Shown here piece after piece: positions 38,801 to 50,100 of a stretch of 64,000 nt of DNA (position 1 is its first letter; each line of letters begins with the position of its first letter). This stretch comes from Macrostomum lignano. Its lineage: Eukaryota. Location: positions 32,496-96,495 of the forward strand of contig NIVC01000987.1 of the NCBI GenBank assembly GCA_002269645.1. The letters run 5' to 3'. Below the pieces are notes generated by a model. It was given only the letters and a program-made list of their open reading frames with translations, had not been told where the DNA came from and ran no database searches. Made by a program: the position numbers and the translations under genes.

Positions 38801-39620
38801 TCGGCGCTTTTATGCCCTTGTCGACGTCAGCCAGAAGCTTGTTGCATCGGGCACAGAGTGCTGCAGGTAGCTGCTCATCATTCGCATTGTAGTTGGGCAA
38901 AAAGTGTGCCTGAATGCGTTTCAGCGAGGCATTACCTATTCGTTGCATTGATGAGCCCTTTTTGTAGCACAACAAGCAGATCTTGAGGCGATTTTCTTCG
39001 TGTGATAGTGCATGCGTTGCATGGCTCATTTCTTTATACATGTATGGCAAGGTGAGTAGAAATATTGAAAGTAGGCTTGATCGAAGCTCACTATGGACTG
39101 CAAGTCAAGTCACTAACAAATACAGGTCGAGCTTGGTTTGTGAAAAGAAATCGTGCCTTGCAGAATTTATTATCAATTGATTTTATTATACAAGTAGGAA
39201 GCATACAACCAACATGCCTATAACAATCTAGAGTCAAGTACACTGGACAGAGCATACTCAAGCTCATGGGCCAGAGGGACCAAATTTGAGTACATTGGCA
39301 AAGCCACACAACCCAAACCCCCGCTGAGTTACATGAAACTTTATATTTGTTGCATCATCTAAGTTGGTTTACTAAAATTGAAATCGGCTATCACTGGTTT
39401 AACTTACATGTACCTTGATCTACGGTTCTACTCATATGTACAATCAATGCAAATCATACATTATCACAAGCTATGGAATGAAGTACTTATGAATGGAGAT
39501 AGCTCGGTAGATTTTTTTAAAATTGCACGTATACCTTGCTAAGGTTCAGGTGAATGCATAAATCACTGTCATTTGAGGCTGACTTTATTTTCACCTTGAG
39601 AAGGCTTCAGGACATGTGTG
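35805..39620 (-). mobile_element. Full-length Chapaev (CMC superfamily) DNA transposon, 3816 bp
   Basis: Ends CACACATGTC...GACATGTGTG; imperfect TIRs 35805-35944 and 39481-39620 (~80-85% identical by my count); identical 4-bp flanks TGAC (35801-35804, 39621-39624); internal transposase ORF. Confidence 0.93.
36909..39041 (-). CDS. Chapaev transposase (~710 aa, uninterrupted)
   Basis: N-terminal H-x7-C-x2-C (HEENRLKICLLC) ... LPAALCARC Chapa-type Zn finger; RNase H-like triad candidates GIDSGGG, AVDMKI, SEQVVE; CPWC, LHLLLG and TPKVH motifs. First ATG at 39041 (the track starts at TTG 39050). Confidence 0.9.
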   Translation of the reverse strand: MYKEMSHATHALSHEENRLKICLLCYKKGSSMQRIGNASLKRIQAHFLPNYNANDEQLPAALCARCNKLLADVDKGIKAPNVLPNSSEVVKVSPTKITRQSSSCACKICETARFNPIGKGLGKWKPEPHSLGRPACSDPDHGLPPAQPVVICQRCHSMVGRGLPHYCTQTQRRENLFSKLSLDRRGAEIHASDVIKAKAASTGSNSRFQLATRGRDLTVCVGQRAGSSTSMRGGCAVPAEEFSRFQQTLCLSGRQTKLAAQFFRAWKGRKSIEPNLRSKLSAIDSALDDLFELTNLEMDCAKGKREMRSIVFCTDPLALIDRVMARRQVSADDGALIKVGIDSGGGFLKFCVSIVSAQGLKDQPTGSRSTYAEGACRFHFEDGGVRKLLLLAIAESVSESYDNLQQILNLLNLQGFSFCAAVDMKISNAILGLQCCSSTHPCPWCETARIDFSNPDRTNVLRSIGGIRLQAFEYQRTVEEKAPRNVSAAAFKNCVRPPLLEVPDSTMVLQAIPPMGLHLLLGVTNRLFEELETQLRGLEDCQISTDDWLQQLGLRRPLQNGGNFAGNACECLLNGVDILIAMLAQHNVFSAMPVAHALRCFRDVKASCFGMSVCGDFENRVRAFEQAYIDLGIRVTPKVHAVIDHVVQFLNMSNLAGEPKKGLGFWSEQVVETAHHDFSSMWQDFRIDFHHPSYPDRLRKCVVAYCSRHA

Positions 39621-40299
39621 TGACCTCTGTCACCCATGAGAGAGCGTCCTCACTTCTGCTCTGGCCACTCAATCCATTATTATAACTAAATGTTAGAGAC
39701 GGGGGGCCAAGGCATTCCTGAGTGATATTGAGCCAAGTTGACTTTTTCACAGCAATAGAGCATTGAGTTCTAGAGATACGCCAAACATTGCAAGTTTTAG
39801 GCGCCCTGTCGTCCGTGTTGAGTACCCGTAAGTTTTTTCAACAATAAAAGGCTTATATAAACAATCAGAAGTTCATCAATTACTTAATTTTCGACTAGCA
39901 ATTAGTCTAAATTATTAAAATTGATTTGTGGTGTAGTGTATGCGAGGTGCGAACACAAATTAAGGTATACATACTATACACAATAGTTTTCACACCGTAT
40001 AAGTCACTTTAATCATTTCAAATCTGCATGAATGGTGAATGTAAGTTTAGCTGTGTGGATTATGTCATATACACTACCTTGATTGCACGTCAGCTGGGCC
40101 CCAATAACTTTAGCGCACCCTCCCTTCTTTCCCTATGATTCCTGTGATGACTCATGCTTATCGCCCACCACATTCCCCCGCGCGCCACCGCACCGATTCT
40201 TTCTTTTTTGAAATCATTCATGCGTGTGACAGTTTTATGACCCCTATTTTCCCTCCTATCTTTCCCAAGCTTTATCCTGCCTGTTACGTTACCACTCAA

Positions 40300-40650
40300 A
40301 TTTCTCGTCCAATCACATCGGGGCTGACGAGTGACGTCATCAGGGTTGCTTGGTACAGCGGAGGTCAAGGACAAGTCACGGCCTTCAATATCACACGCAT
40401 GACGCTCACGTGATCGCATGACGCATGATCTCGGGGCTAGAAATAAGAGTGAATAGGGTGTCTTTCAAACAGCCCGGGCCTGCTGTCCAGATAATGGAAT
40501 CTTTGCCGCAATGTCAGCTACCGCACCATCCAGAGGCGGACAGTCTAGGGACGAGGTCTGGTAGCTATATACATGTAGCTGTACCTTTCAGCGTTGCCCA
40601 GGGGTTGCGCAAGGTGTTTTAATATAGCCCCGGGTGACGTCAACGTGCAT
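40300..40650. promoter_or_regulatory. CpG-rich promoter-like motif cluster with no assigned gene
   Basis: CCAAT 40309, TGACGTCA 40332 and 40635, TCACGTGA 40406. Confidence 0.35.
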
Positions 40651-40959
40651 GTTCGTGGATATTATACGATAGACACTGTTTATGAAAAATAAATGCAATT
40701 ACAAGAGCCTTGTGGGCCAGTAGCTTCGCGAGTGAAAGATTGCTCAAATCAATTCGCATGTACACTAGCATTTGAAAAATTCAGATTCGTCTTCGAACAA
40801 TGACTTATTGTATTTCTGTTGTGCATTTTCATTGTGTGCATATTTCATTAAAAATGCAAGAAGCTTTCATCAACTATATTTTTCAATCATAAACATTTTG
40901 TTTGAAAAAATAAGCTAATAAGAAAATTCGTAGCAAAATACATCCTCACTCTTCTCTTC

Positions 40960-41480
40960 CGCCTTCTCTCTTCTCTTTCCTTTCTCTTTTCTTTTCTCTG
41001 CTCTCTTCTCTTCCCTCTCTACTCTCTCATGTCTCCTCTCTACTCTCTCATATCTGCCACCTCTCTGCGTACTCTCTCTGTTCTCACTTCTCCTCTCTCC
41101 CTTCCCACCTCTCTCCCCTCTCCCCTCGCTTCTCTCCCATCTTCTCTCCTCTCTCCTCTCCTCTCTCCTCTCCTCTGCTCTTCTCTCTGATCTCTCTCCT
41201 CCCCTCTTCTCTTCTCTTCTCTTCTACCTTTTCTCTCATATCGAATCTCTCGCCTCTCCTCTGTTTGCTTGTCTTTAATCTTCTATTCCCTCTCATTCGA
41301 AGTAAGAAAATTTTCCGACATTTTTGCTGAAGATAAGAGAAGAGGGGAGAGAGAAAAGGGGGGAAGAGGGGGAGAGAGGGGAGAGAGAGAAGGGAAAGGG
41401 GAGAGTTAGGAGTGGAAACAAAGATAAAAGAGGGGAGAAAAAAGGCGAGGCAAGAAGGTAGAGCAGAAGGGATAGAGAAG
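40960..41480. repeat. CT-rich then GA-rich low-complexity tracts
   Basis: Direct observation. Confidence 0.8.
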
Positions 41481-41569
41481 AGAGTCGAATTGAGACTGCA
41501 AACCTTGTACATTGAGTGAAGTTTCAAAGAGGGTTGAGAGGGTTGCGGGCCGGAGTTTGCCGACCTCTG
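41480..41569 (-). mobile_element. Possible end of a hAT-like non-autonomous element
   Basis: Minus strand CAGAGGTCGGCAAACTCCGGCCCGC resembles hAT/Charlie termini; related sequence (CCTTTGAAACTTCAC..CAAGGTTTG) recurs at 58391-58480 next to another CT tract. No second terminus or TSD found. Confidence 0.3.
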
Positions 41570-43573
41570 CTCCAGAGTTTCAGAAATCAATGGGAAACTG
41601 TTGGCACCGGCTGCTGCTGATGCTAGTATTGTCAATGATCCTGTCTGTAATTGAAGGCTTCTATTCTGGGTCCGCGCTCTCCTTCTGCCGCTGCATGTCA
41701 TCCCATCAAAGTTTGGCCAGTATAGTTTCAGAGAGATATAAAATTGACAAATAAACGGACAAACATCGCTTGAATTTAAGTATATTGAGAGAGAGTTTAT
41801 ACTCGTATTATATTACATTATATTACTATAGTGAATCATTTTCCTTTCAAGGACACAGTCTGAAGGTGAGATAGTAAGAATTAAGGAGAGAATATGATGA
41901 TGAGTATCTACACGTTAGATCACGAGCATTTAATATAGCGTTGTATATTTATGGTGTTAAAATTTATTTTTTTAAATTGATTTTGAGTTTACAAATAATG
42001 GTATAAAAGTTCTATTCCTTTAGGTGGCAATTATTGTCAGGAGGAGGGGTGGTAGGGTCGGCCGCGGTCCGGCGACAACTCAGATGTTTAATTATTGGTT
42101 GAATACTCGTGCTGTACTGTGTTAATTGCATTGTTTAATTCAATCGATTGCCCAGAACAAATAAATGAAGCATTTACTTACAATCCGACTATGAAAATTA
42201 AACTTGAAGATTGCTTGCAGTGGCGACTGCTTGGCATTTTTACTTGAGTGCTAATGAGATATTAAATATGCTTTTATGTTTCCGGAATCGTTTTTTGGCA
42301 CCGATTTAGTCTTACTTCACACATCGAACGAATTATGATCCATGAAAAGAAAACAAACGTGTAAAGTGTAAACAGCTATACACGCGCACACGCCGGCACT
42401 AGGCCTAATGTAAAAGCATGACACTTGTACAGTTGTACTTTATCAGGTTTTCTCTGGTCTTATCGGGTGTCGAAGTGGCCTTAAGCTTGATATTGACAAA
42501 TTGCTCTGAAATCTGATCTGAGTATTGTCCACTGCATATTGCAAGGAATGCACTGCTGTAATTATAATTAGTCTTTAATTGTACTTAGGGCTTAGGCTGT
42601 TAGGCACAATTCAATTTTTTTGAAAGCCTGATGATATGGTTCATTAGTTGTCTATAAATAAATAAATAAATAAATATATATATATATTAGATATATATAT
42701 ATTTGTCTAAGTCAAGAATATTAGATTAGGTATAAATAATACAATGAGGATTTGACTAGGCCTAGGGGCTAGGGCTTAGGAGTCTAGGACTAGGTAGGCC
42801 TATTCTTGATTATTTAGCTAATACTATAGCTTCCTTTTTCTCAATGCTATTTACACTGGCTGGTACTGACTAGGCAGGGCCTATGGCCTAGGCCTATAGC
42901 TAAACCCCTATCCTAGAAGGCAGAAGCTAGGCCTAGGCATAGTCCTATTGCTTGGCCAGGCCATAACTAGGCCTAGCATAGGCCCCCCTAGCTTATACAT
43001 ATAAATACAAGGCCTAGGCCTACTTAGGCTATTTTGAATTTGAAATACTAGGTCTAAGACTCTAACTTAGCTTAGCTAAAGTATCAATATAGATAGGCAA
43101 ATCTATCTAGCTAGGCCTCCTAGGCCTTTTTAAATCATAGATTAGATCATATCATATAGACTGATAGTAAAGCTAGGCCTATTTTTATAAGTAGGCCCTA
43201 ATTAATCTAGAGTAGGCCTAATTCTAATAGAAAATAAATGAAATTATATCTAGGCTTAATCATTCTAGCTTTTATAAATTATCTATGTAACCTATTTTAT
43301 ATTGATTAAAATAAGCCTTTTATAATTTTAGATCTAGGTTTTTAAATATTAAAATCATGTCATTTAGCTTTATGCCTTTTTAGATTAGGCTAACCTAGGT
43401 GGGTACTAGGCCTAACTAGGATACCAAGTTAAAAAATAATAAGATTCTATAATTTCTAGGCCTAGGCCTAGCTAACATTAGAATTAGAAAAAAAATCTAG
43501 GCCTATGTTTTAGCCTTTTATTCATTGACATTATGATAATAGCCTATCAATGATCTAATTTATAGACATACAT

Positions 43574-43729
43574 GCGCAACTTTGGGAGTCACCCGGCCGT
43601 TTCTATTGGCAACACATACATGTAAGTCGCTATTGGCTGAGAGTAGTCACGTGACTACTATTCCATCCAATAGCGACTTACGTGTGTGTGTTGCCAATAG
43701 AAACGGCCGAGTGAATCCCAAGGTTGTGC
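43574..43729. promoter_or_regulatory. ~150-bp imperfect palindrome with central GTCACGTGAC E-box and symmetric CCAAT boxes; likely SLC18B1 promoter
   Basis: Arms CGGCCGTTTCTATTGGCAACAC..GTAAGTCGCTATTGG / CCAATAGCGACTTAC..GTGTTGCCAATAGAAACGGCCG; centre AGTAGTCACGTGACTACT at 43642-43659; ~440 bp upstream of the ATG. Confidence 0.65.
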
Positions 43730-44170
43730 CCAAGCATGTTTATAGATATAAGCCTAATACAAGTTAGACTTAAGGTCTATTCAAATTTGATAATTAAAAA
43801 CTCATTAAAATCTAATACTTTAAATAATTATATTTTTTTATATTTTGTCTTCAAATAAATATATAATTTAAATATTTTAATGCCAAAATTATAGTTACAT
43901 TATAATTATTAGATTATAATCAATAGCCTAGTCAATATAAAATATTTGATTTTTTATTTAATGTTATATTGATTCTATTATATTTTTCCTTTTTTGCTGC
44001 AACAAATTCTTTGCTTGAACAAATCATTGTTCTATAATTTTAATTAACTAATAATATTTAACTAATTTGTAATAGAATAAAGATCAAGATTAAAAACTTG
44101 CAGCTCAGGTCAGGCAAGCTTTATCTGATAAATTTAATTATACTTTTAACAAGGTCCAAGTTGAAGCAGT

Positions 44171-47100
44171 ATGCATGGCACACAATTTGCCAGTGATGAC
44201 AATTCTAATGACTATAATGGGCTAATAAATGGCAATGTATCTGGTCAAATACTTTTGCCTGTTGCATCTGGATCTCATAGCAATAGGAATGCTTCAACTA
44301 CTAATATATCTGCAAATTTGCCAAGCAGAGCTAGTCCAACTAATAACAATGATGATGTGTTTGTGAAGCATCATAGATCAGTAGTTCAACAAGATGGCAT
44401 TGAGCCAGCTCAAGTTCAGGCTGTTTCAAACCCTATTTATGGTGAGTGTAGAAAGTACATTTAATTGTTTTTAGGTATTGTCTCTGAGAAAACTCTAATT
44501 GGGAAGTATTAGGGAAGATTAGAAAGAATCTGAATGAAAAATGTAAATAATATTGATAAGATTTTGAATGTGAAATGTTAGTGGAATCGGGAAGAATCTA
44601 AATGGGGAATGTTGGTGGGATTGGGAAGAATCTAAATGGGAAATGTTGGTGGAATTGGGAAGAATCTAAATAGGAAATGTTGGTGGAATTGAGAAGAATC
44701 TAAATGGGAAATGTTGGTGGGATTGGGAAGAGTCTAAATGGGAAATGTTAGTGGGAGTGGGATTGGGAAGAATCTATATGGGAAATGTTATTAGAATTGG
44801 GAAGAATCTAAATGGGAAATGTTGGTGAAATCAAGAAGAATCTAAATTGGGAATGTTGGTGGGATTGGGAAGAATCTAAATGGGAAATGTTGGTGGAATT
44901 GGGAAGAATCTAAATAGGAAATGTTGGTGGAATTGAGAAGAATCTAAATGGGAAATGTTGGTGGGATTGGGAAGAGTCTAAATGGGAAATGTTAGTGGGA
45001 GTGGGATTGGGAAGAATCTATATGGGAAATGTTATTAGAATTGGGAAGAATCTAAATGGGAAATGTTGGTGTAATTGGGAAGAATCTAAATGGGGAATGT
45101 TAGTGGGATTGGGAAGAATCTAAATGGGAAATGTTAGTGGGATTGGGAAGAATCTGAATGGCGAATGTTAGTGGAATTGGGAAGAATCTAAATAGAAAAT
45201 GGTGTTGGAATTGGGAAGAATCGGATTCGGAAATGTCAGCCTAAATATCCACTTCGCAATCCCAAATTAATTGCCAACAGTGAATCTGGACATCAAAGTT
45301 GAAGATGCGGATCAAACCGCTGTGGAAAGCGCCTGCGGAAGTTCATCATCAGACGAATCTTCAATTTTTGTGCCATTCTCATTTCGAGCATTGAGTAGAA
45401 AACGAAAACTGCTGCTCGTATCGCTTTGCCTTGGCGAGCTGTGCTCAAATGTTATGTTATCAATTATGGCACCATTTTTTCCTAGCGAAGCTGAGTCCAA
45501 AGGCGTCTCAAGTACGGTTAGCGGATGGATATTTGGTGTTTTACCATTGGCTCAAGTAATATTCAGCCCTATTGTTGGTGAGTGACTCCTGTTAGTTGAC
45601 TGACATTATGTACATCGTAGCTGAGCTAGGGGCTGCCCATTTCACCGACTCCCTTGAGCAGGCACACAAGCGCGCGGATACGTACGCAGTCATACGCACA
45701 GGCACACACTCACACAGGAGTGCACAGCGGCCCTAACTTTATTTATCATTAGGCATGTACACTTCACTGTGCCTTGGGGGTTGGCCTTCAATTGGGAGCT
45801 AATTGCACGAGCAAAGCCAAGCCGAGATTCCAATTTAGCTCCAAACTAGCAATCTGGTGCCCCCTTCGGGCGCCCAAAAAAGCAAGGGACAAAAACATTT
45901 ATATAAATCCTATCTGCCTTGACACCCAAGCAATTCCCCCAGTAAGCCTCGACATCTCAGCGATTCCCCCGAGCAAGCATCTCCTCAGATAGCAAGCATC
46001 CCCCCGATATCAAGCATCCCCCCAGATAGCAAGCATCCCCCCAGATAGCAAGCATCCCCCCAGATAGCAAGCATCCACCCAGATAGCAAGCATCCACCCA
46101 GATAGCATCTCCCGGATTCTCCCCAGATAGCAAGCATCCCCCAGATAGCAAGCATCCCCAGATAGCAAGCATCCCCAGATAGCATCTCCCCAGATAGCAA
46201 GCATCCCCAGATAGCATCTCCCCAGATAGCAAGCATCCCCAGATAGCATCTCCCCAGATAGCAAGCATCCCCAGATAGCAAGCAGATATCAAAGCGCCGC
46301 GCTTAACCACTGGACTGTTCATAAATTTTTTACTACTAACTATAAACTAAAAGTAGAAATCGAAGCAAATTGTTGCCTAAATTAACCAGGGTGTTTTGAT
46401 GGATCAATATTTAAGCACGATCAATAATCGTGCAATTTCTTGAGAGGAGAAGACACAAGAAATAAGAAGATATACGAGATAAGAGATGGCGAGAAGAGAG
46501 CTGAGAAGAGACATTAACCTTAATAACGGGCCGGATTGTTATTGTAAAATTTCAAGAACTTGAGTATATTTTAAAATAAAAAATCCAATTTTTACTAAAC
46601 TACTAGCAGTAGAAAAACAGTAGAAGTAAATTGCTACCCTAATTCAAAAAAAGCAAACAAAACTCATACTGAATCCCATTTTCAGGCGCCATGATGAAGC
46701 CTGCCGGCGTGAAGTTCCTCTTCCTATCTGGCGCTTTCTTGGGCGGTTGCGCCACTATACTATTTGGTGCGTTGGATCATATGCCTAGCCGGGACGGCGG
46801 TCTCATGTTCATTATTTATTGCTTTGCAATACGAATAACTACAGCTTGGGGCTTCGCTTCCTATACAACCGCCGCGTTTGTTATCATAGCGCAAGAGTTT
46901 GGCGACAACGTGTCTCAGGTGTTTGGCATTGCTGAGACTTTCTGCGGCATTGGCGCCGTATTAGGACCGGCTGTTGGCGGCGTTCTTTACGGCTGGGGCG
47001 GCTTCGGCCTGCCTTTCTTTGTGCTGGGCGGCATCTACCTGCTCACTGTGCCGCTCAGCTGGCCGCTCATCCCGTCCGATGCAGAGTCTCATCACGGACA

Positions 47101-50100
47101 GGTGTCCAACTTCACCCTGCTGAGGGTGCCAGGTGAGCTCTCGGATTTTGTGTCTGTCTGTCTGCCTGTCTGTCTGTCTGCCTGTCTGTCTGTCTGTCTG
47201 TCTGCCTGTCTGTCTGTCTGTCTGCCTGTTTTAGTGTCTGTCTGTCCGTCTGTCTGTCTGTCTGTCTTAGTGTCTGTCTGCCTGTCTGTCTGTCTGCAGC
47301 AGCCAGCTTCCCCCACCCCTCCCCATCAGGCATCCTCATGATGTGCTGGACAGTAATAGTGCTGGGAACCGGCTGGTCAATATTCGAGCCGGTGCTGGAG
47401 CCTCGCTTAGGCAGCTACAACTTGAGTCCTCAGCTCATCGGTTTAGTCTTCCTACTGACTGCCTCATCCTACGCTTTATCCGCCCCGTTATTCGGTTGGA
47501 TTACTGAACGGATTGACGATTTAAATCCGTTGATTCTGGCCAGTCTAGCCGGCTGCACCGCCTGTTTAGCCATGCTGGGCCCGTCGCCTTTGTTCACTAA
47601 CAATGCACCGGATAGCGCTACTGGCAGTCTGGCTCTGATCATTGTGTCACTGGCTCTGCTGGGCCTGTTCAACTCTATGGGCATCGTGCCGAGCTATGAG
47701 TATATGCTCGATGCTGCGGAGTGAGTGCAGTTTTCTTTGGGATGTCATTGAAATCTAAATGGGATTTGGTTAGTTCACGAATGGGATTTTGAGATTTCTG
47801 GGATTTCTTAAGATGGGATCTTCTGAGATTTGTAAGGATGGGATCTGGGGATTTCTAAAGATGGGATATTCTGGGGATTTCTAAAGATGGGATCTTCTGG
47901 GGATTTCTAAAGATGGTATCTTCTGGGGATTTCTAAAGATGGTATCTTCTGGGGATTTCTAAAGATGGGATCTTCTGGGGATTTCTAAAGATGGGATCTT
48001 CTGGGGATTTCTAAAGTTGGTATCTTCTGGGGATTTCTAAAGATGGGATCTTCTGGGGATTTCTAAAGATGGGATCTTCTGGGGATTTCTAAAGTTGGTA
48101 TCTTCTGGGGATTTCTAAAGATGGGATCTTCTGGGGATTTCTAAAGATGGGATCTTCTGGGGATTTCTAAAGATGGGATCTTCTGGGGATTTCTAAAGAT
48201 GGGATCTTCTGGAGATTTCTAAAGATGGGATCTTCTGGGGATTTCTAAAGATGGTATCTTCTGGGGATTTCTAAAGATGGGATCTTCTGGGGATTTCTAA
48301 AGATGGTATCTTCTGGGGATTTCTAAAGATAGGATATTCTGGGGATTTCTAAAGATGGGATCTTCTGGGGATTTCTATAGATGGGATCTTCTGGGGATTT
48401 CTAAAGATGGGATCTTCTGGGGATTTCTAAAGATGGTATCTTCTGGGGATTTCTAAAGATGGTATCTTCTGGGGATTTCTAAAGATGGTATCTTCTGGGG
48501 ATTTCTAAAGATGGGATCTTCTGGGGATTTCTAAAGATGGGATCTTCTGGGGATTTCTAAAGATGGTATCTTCTGGGGATTTCTAAAGATGGGATCTTCT
48601 GGGGATTTCTAAATATGGGATCTTGATATTTCTAAAATGGAATCTTGGGATTTCTAAAGATGGGATCTTCTGTCTGGGATTTCTAAAGATGGGATCTTGG
48701 GGTTTCTAAATTTGGGATTTTTTTGGATTTTTAAAGATGTGATTTTTTGGGATTATTTTGGAAATAATATAATTATTATTAACAAATTTTCAGAGAAGCT
48801 GGCCTTCCAGACGACGTGTCCGTTCACGGAGCAATTGGCGGTCTGTGGGGCTCGGCCTACGCGTTCGGGTAAGATTTACAAATCATATTCGCTACTCATT
48901 ACTTATTCAATTTGAGTAGTATTAAATCTATGTATTAGTAATTATCGAATTATAATCTGATTTTCAAAATCTTTTAACAGCGAATTTGTCGGTCCCATTG
49001 CTGGCGGCTTTCTGGTTGACATTTCTTCGTTTGGCTGGGCCACCACCGCAGGCGCTGGCCTCTCTTTGATATCAGTAATGCGTTTTTCACGGCTTGTTTA
49101 TTATTTGTTTTATTGTTCCGAACTTGGACTAATTTCTCGTGACCTTGGATGACCCCTTGGTTCTCTGTTTCTTGGGGCGTGTGCTTGCCACCTTGACCTC
49201 AGTTAACCCGTAGTTTTGTGTTCCCGCACGCACACATAAAGCATGTTATCTCGATCGGATGACCCTGTCCATGGATCCCTTAATCTAAAACCCTAATCTA
49301 CCTACCCTAATCTACTTCCTCCGTGACCTCAGATGACCCTTCTTTGCTCATACATGTACTTCGCTAACCTAAAACCCTCACCCCGTCACCTCAGATGACC
49401 CTGCTCACGCATCGCTAACCTTGTGACCTCAGATGACCCTGCTCACGCATCGTTAACCTACAACCCTCACCCCTGTGACCTCAGATGACCCTGCTCGTGC
49501 ATCGCTAACCTACAACCCTCACCCCCGTCACCTCAGATGACCCTGCTCGCGCATCGCTAACCTACAACCCCTCACCCCGTGACCTCAGATGACCCTGCTC
49601 ACGCATCGCTAAGCCACAAACCTCACCCTGTGACCTCAGATGACCCTATTCCTAGTGTTCGTGCTCATCCAGCGCTACCAGAAGCGATTGCACCGTCGCA
49701 CGGCCGTCAGCGCCGCGGCCGCTGCCACAGTTGACGCCGTTACCGCCGTATCGACAGCCGCAGGCGCCGCCACAGCCGCCGCAACGCTGGTCCAACCGGT
49801 GCCATTCCGACGTCGCTCAGTGTCGTTCCTTCGTGCCACCAGCCTGCTGCAGCTGCAGCGGCAGCGCTCAATGCAGGCCGGAGCCGCCGGCTCTTTTGTC
49901 GACGGTTGTCGGACGCCATCGTCGGATGTCGGAGGCTACCGACACCGGCTGTTGCCCAGGCGTCAGCGTCGCTCTACGTTGGATCCTCGGCGTCGAAGCA
50001 ACGATCGACGTTTTCGCCGCGGCGTCAGCGTCGGCTGCGAAGACGACGACAACAACGACATCGGCAACCTCGGTGGTGAGGCGTCACCGGCCACTTCAAC

